Under the pieces are notes generated by a model. That model saw nothing but the letters and a program-made list of their open reading frames with translations. It was not told the origin of the DNA and ran no database searches. Shown piece after piece: positions 37,590 to 38,984 of a stretch of DNA of 38,984 nt. The DNA is from Rubrobacterales bacterium. Lineage in GTDB: Bacteria > Actinomycetota > Rubrobacteria > Rubrobacterales > Rubrobacteraceae. The stretch lies in NCBI GenBank assembly GCA_038198625.1, contig JBBPZT010000217.1:1-38984 (forward strand), in the 5' to 3' direction. Position numbers and translations under genes: made by a program. Within the stretch, counting starts at the first letter, position 1. Every line of letters begins with the position of its first letter.

Positions 37590-37928
37590 ATGATCCAGAA
37601 CCTGCTCCCCTGGCTGGCCGACGCCCTCGTAGTCCTGGGCGTCTTCGTTATGACCATCGGCGTCTACGGCATGGTCTGGATGCCTGACACCTACGCCCGC
37701 CTGCACGCGGCGGCCAAAGCGGTCTTCCTCGGTGTGATCTCCCTGCTCATCGCCTCCACCGTCACCGGAGACCCGGCGATCATCCTCCGCGCTATCCTCA
37801 CCGGCGCCTTCCTACTACTCACCGCCCCCGTCTCGGCCCACGTAATAGCCCGTGCAGCCTACCAACGTGGAGAAAGAATGGAATCCCCAAACGCCATAGA
37901 CCAATCGACAACCGACAACCAACCCTGA
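37590..37928 (+). CDS. mrpG: Mrp antiporter subunit G
   Basis: 112 aa. ...GVYGM...PD.YARLHAA.K....G and ...T.PVSAH.IARAAY. Confidence 0.87.
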   Translation: MIQNLLPWLADALVVLGVFVMTIGVYGMVWMPDTYARLHAAAKAVFLGVISLLIASTVTGDPAIILRAILTGAFLLLTAPVSAHVIARAAYQRGERMESPNAIDQSTTDNQP

Positions 37929-38002
37929 TTCTCAACAGAAGATCAACCACAATCTTTTACACATAATACCTCAGCCTCAGTTTGTTTTGTATCTGTCAGG
38001 TT

Positions 38003-38422
38003 TCAGTGGAAAGAACCGTCTAAAAGCTTGCGCAGTAGACCATCGAAGGTGTCGAGCTGCTCCGGCGTGAGCGCGGAGAACGACTCTGTAAAGACCTGGT
38101 CGGCGATACCGGCGCTGGCCTTGCGGACCCGCTCGCCCTTTTCGGTGAGGCGGTGGCGGATGGCCCTGCCCGGCCCGGGTACGCGCTCGATCAGCCCACG
38201 CTCGACCATGCGCCCGGCGAGCGTCCCGAATGCCTGATCGCTCTGAAAGGTCAGCCGCGCCAGGTCGTGCAAAGACGCCTCCGGATTCTGCTCCAGGTGC
38301 CGCAGGGCGTCCCACTGCACGAGGCTGATGTCCAACGGCGCCAGTGCGGCGTTAAGAGCCCGATGATGCCGCATCTGCAGCCGCTTAACCGACAACCCCG
38401 TATTTTGCAGTGTACGTTCCAT
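38003..38422 (-). CDS. MarR-family transcriptional regulator
   Basis: LSVKRLQMRHHRALNAAL.PLDISLVQWDALRHL...ASLHDLARL (winged HTH) ...GLIERVPGPGRAIRHRLTEKGE. I prefer ATG 38422, positioned exactly for a leaderless transcript. The track ORF starts 2 codons earlier at GTG 38428. Confidence 0.85.
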   Translation of the reverse strand: MERTLQNTGLSVKRLQMRHHRALNAALAPLDISLVQWDALRHLEQNPEASLHDLARLTFQSDQAFGTLAGRMVERGLIERVPGPGRAIRHRLTEKGERVRKASAGIADQVFTESFSALTPEQLDTFDGLLRKLLDGSFH

Positions 38423-38428
38423 ATCCAC

Positions 38429-38457
38429 AGTATAGACAAGTCCGATCAGTAATCAAC
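38429..38457 (-). promoter_or_regulatory. Candidate marR promoter implying a leaderless mRNA
   Basis: On the minus strand: TTGATT (38457-38452), a 17-nt spacer, then TATACT (38434-38429). The A of ATG 38422 is the 7th nt downstream of the -10. Confidence 0.45.
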
Positions 38458-38460
38458 TTG

Positions 38461-38497
38461 TTGTTATAAATATGTTGTGATAAGGTTGTTGATATAG
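38461..38497. repeat. Three imperfect direct repeats (GTTGTTATA / GTTGTGATA / GTTGATATA) in the AT-rich spacer upstream of marR
   Basis: Read directly at 38461-38469, 38475-38483 and 38489-38497, giving a period of about 14 nt. Confidence 0.35.
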
Positions 38498-38633
38498 ACG
38501 AGGATTTGAAGATGAAGGCGACAAAGGAGGATGCCAGGATACGAAACCGGATGGCCGCTGTGTGCGACTTCGACGACGCGCGCCTGGTGTAGCGCCTGGC
38601 ATAAACCTTAAACGCTTGGTGTGAGTTCTGAGA

Positions 38634-38984
38634 TCACCATCCAAGCAAGTCAGCGAAAGAGAGTAGAGGGCGACCAAGGTGCTCGTTGAGCCAGATACAG
38701 AAGTTGTGCAGCGCCACCCTCGCCGCCAAGCGTGCTCGCAACCCCTCCATTTCATGAGGGCGCTCCCGATGGAGGCCAAAGGTGTTCAAGCTTGTCGTAC
38801 ACGCTCTCCACGATCTGGCGGATGCCGGCCACCCAGCGTCTGAGCCGCTTGGGCCATGGGTTGCGGCTGTTGCGCTTGGGCGGATGGACGATCCGTGCCC
38901 CGTAGCGATTGAGCCACCGCCGATGGTTTTCGGCGCCCTCAAAACCTTTGTCGGCCACGTAATATCCCGACGTGAGCGAGCCCA
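38634..38984 (-). pseudogene. 3' portion of an IS982-family-like DDE transposase gene, frameshifted and running off the right edge
   Basis: Two overlapping minus-strand frames. One reads ADKGFEGAENHRRWLNRYGARIVHPPKRN...IRQIVESVYDK. After a 1-nt shift near 38786-38793, the other reads LNTFGLHRERPHEMEGLRARLAARVALHNFCIWLNEHLGRPLLSFADLLGW. The family assignment is from remembered patterns (ADKGY...RQ.IES....LK...LE.H..RT..G...R....LA....W.N). Confidence 0.55.

Noticed and set aside
38512-38592. Small + strand ORF (MKATKEDARIRNRMAAVCDFDDARLV) between marR and the IS remnant.
   Set aside because: 26 codons, no recognisable family and no clear SD. It is indistinguishable from chance, or it may be part of the IS end.
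1-38984. Search for tRNA/rRNA genes, CRISPR repeats, toxin-antitoxin pairs, defence islands and prophage genes.
   Set aside because: Intergenic space is minimal, with the longest spacers under 200 nt. I saw no T-loop/acceptor-type structures or regularly spaced repeats. Every sizeable ORF is accounted for by a housekeeping or transport family.

Overview
High-GC bacterial chromosomal window made almost entirely of tightly packed core genes on the + strand. I found no rRNA, tRNA or CRISPR array, and nothing I recognise as a defence system.

Gene blocks, left to right:
1. A complete pyrimidine operon, pyrR-pyrB-pyrC-carA-carB-pyrK-pyrD, preceded by a PyrR-box-like leader.
2. A convergent MFS transporter on the minus strand.
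3. The actinobacterial-type block mihF-gmk-rpoZ-coaBC-metK-priA-def-fmt.
4. A NeuD/PglD-like hexapeptide acyltransferase, then a secretin-less type IV pilus module (pilD-pilM-pilN-pilO plus an orphan Gly/Ser-rich membrane protein). This runs straight into aroC-aroK-aroB-aroQ.
5. efp-nusB-polyprenyl synthase-tlyA-nadK-recN.
6. A stand-alone FTR1/EfeU iron permease behind a good promoter and a Fur-box-like operator.
7. A seven-gene mrpABCDEFG cation/proton antiporter operon.
8. A minus-strand marR regulator.
9. At the right edge, the 3' part of a frameshifted IS982-like transposase.

The gene order suggests a deep-branching high-GC Gram-positive (actinobacterial, possibly Rubrobacter-like). That is a guess only.

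The most unusual observations:
- An orphan protein sits in the PilP slot of the pilus module, inside a pil-aro synteny that has no secretin.
- CoaBC has an N-terminal decarboxylase half that looks catalytically dead, plus an internal promoter/SD/ATG that could produce a stand-alone CoaB.
- PriA has degenerate Walker A and B motifs.
- The inferred start codons are mostly TTG or GTG, with pervasive 1-, 4- or multi-nt gene overlaps.

All functional calls come from reading the translated ORFs against remembered family motifs. No database search was run.
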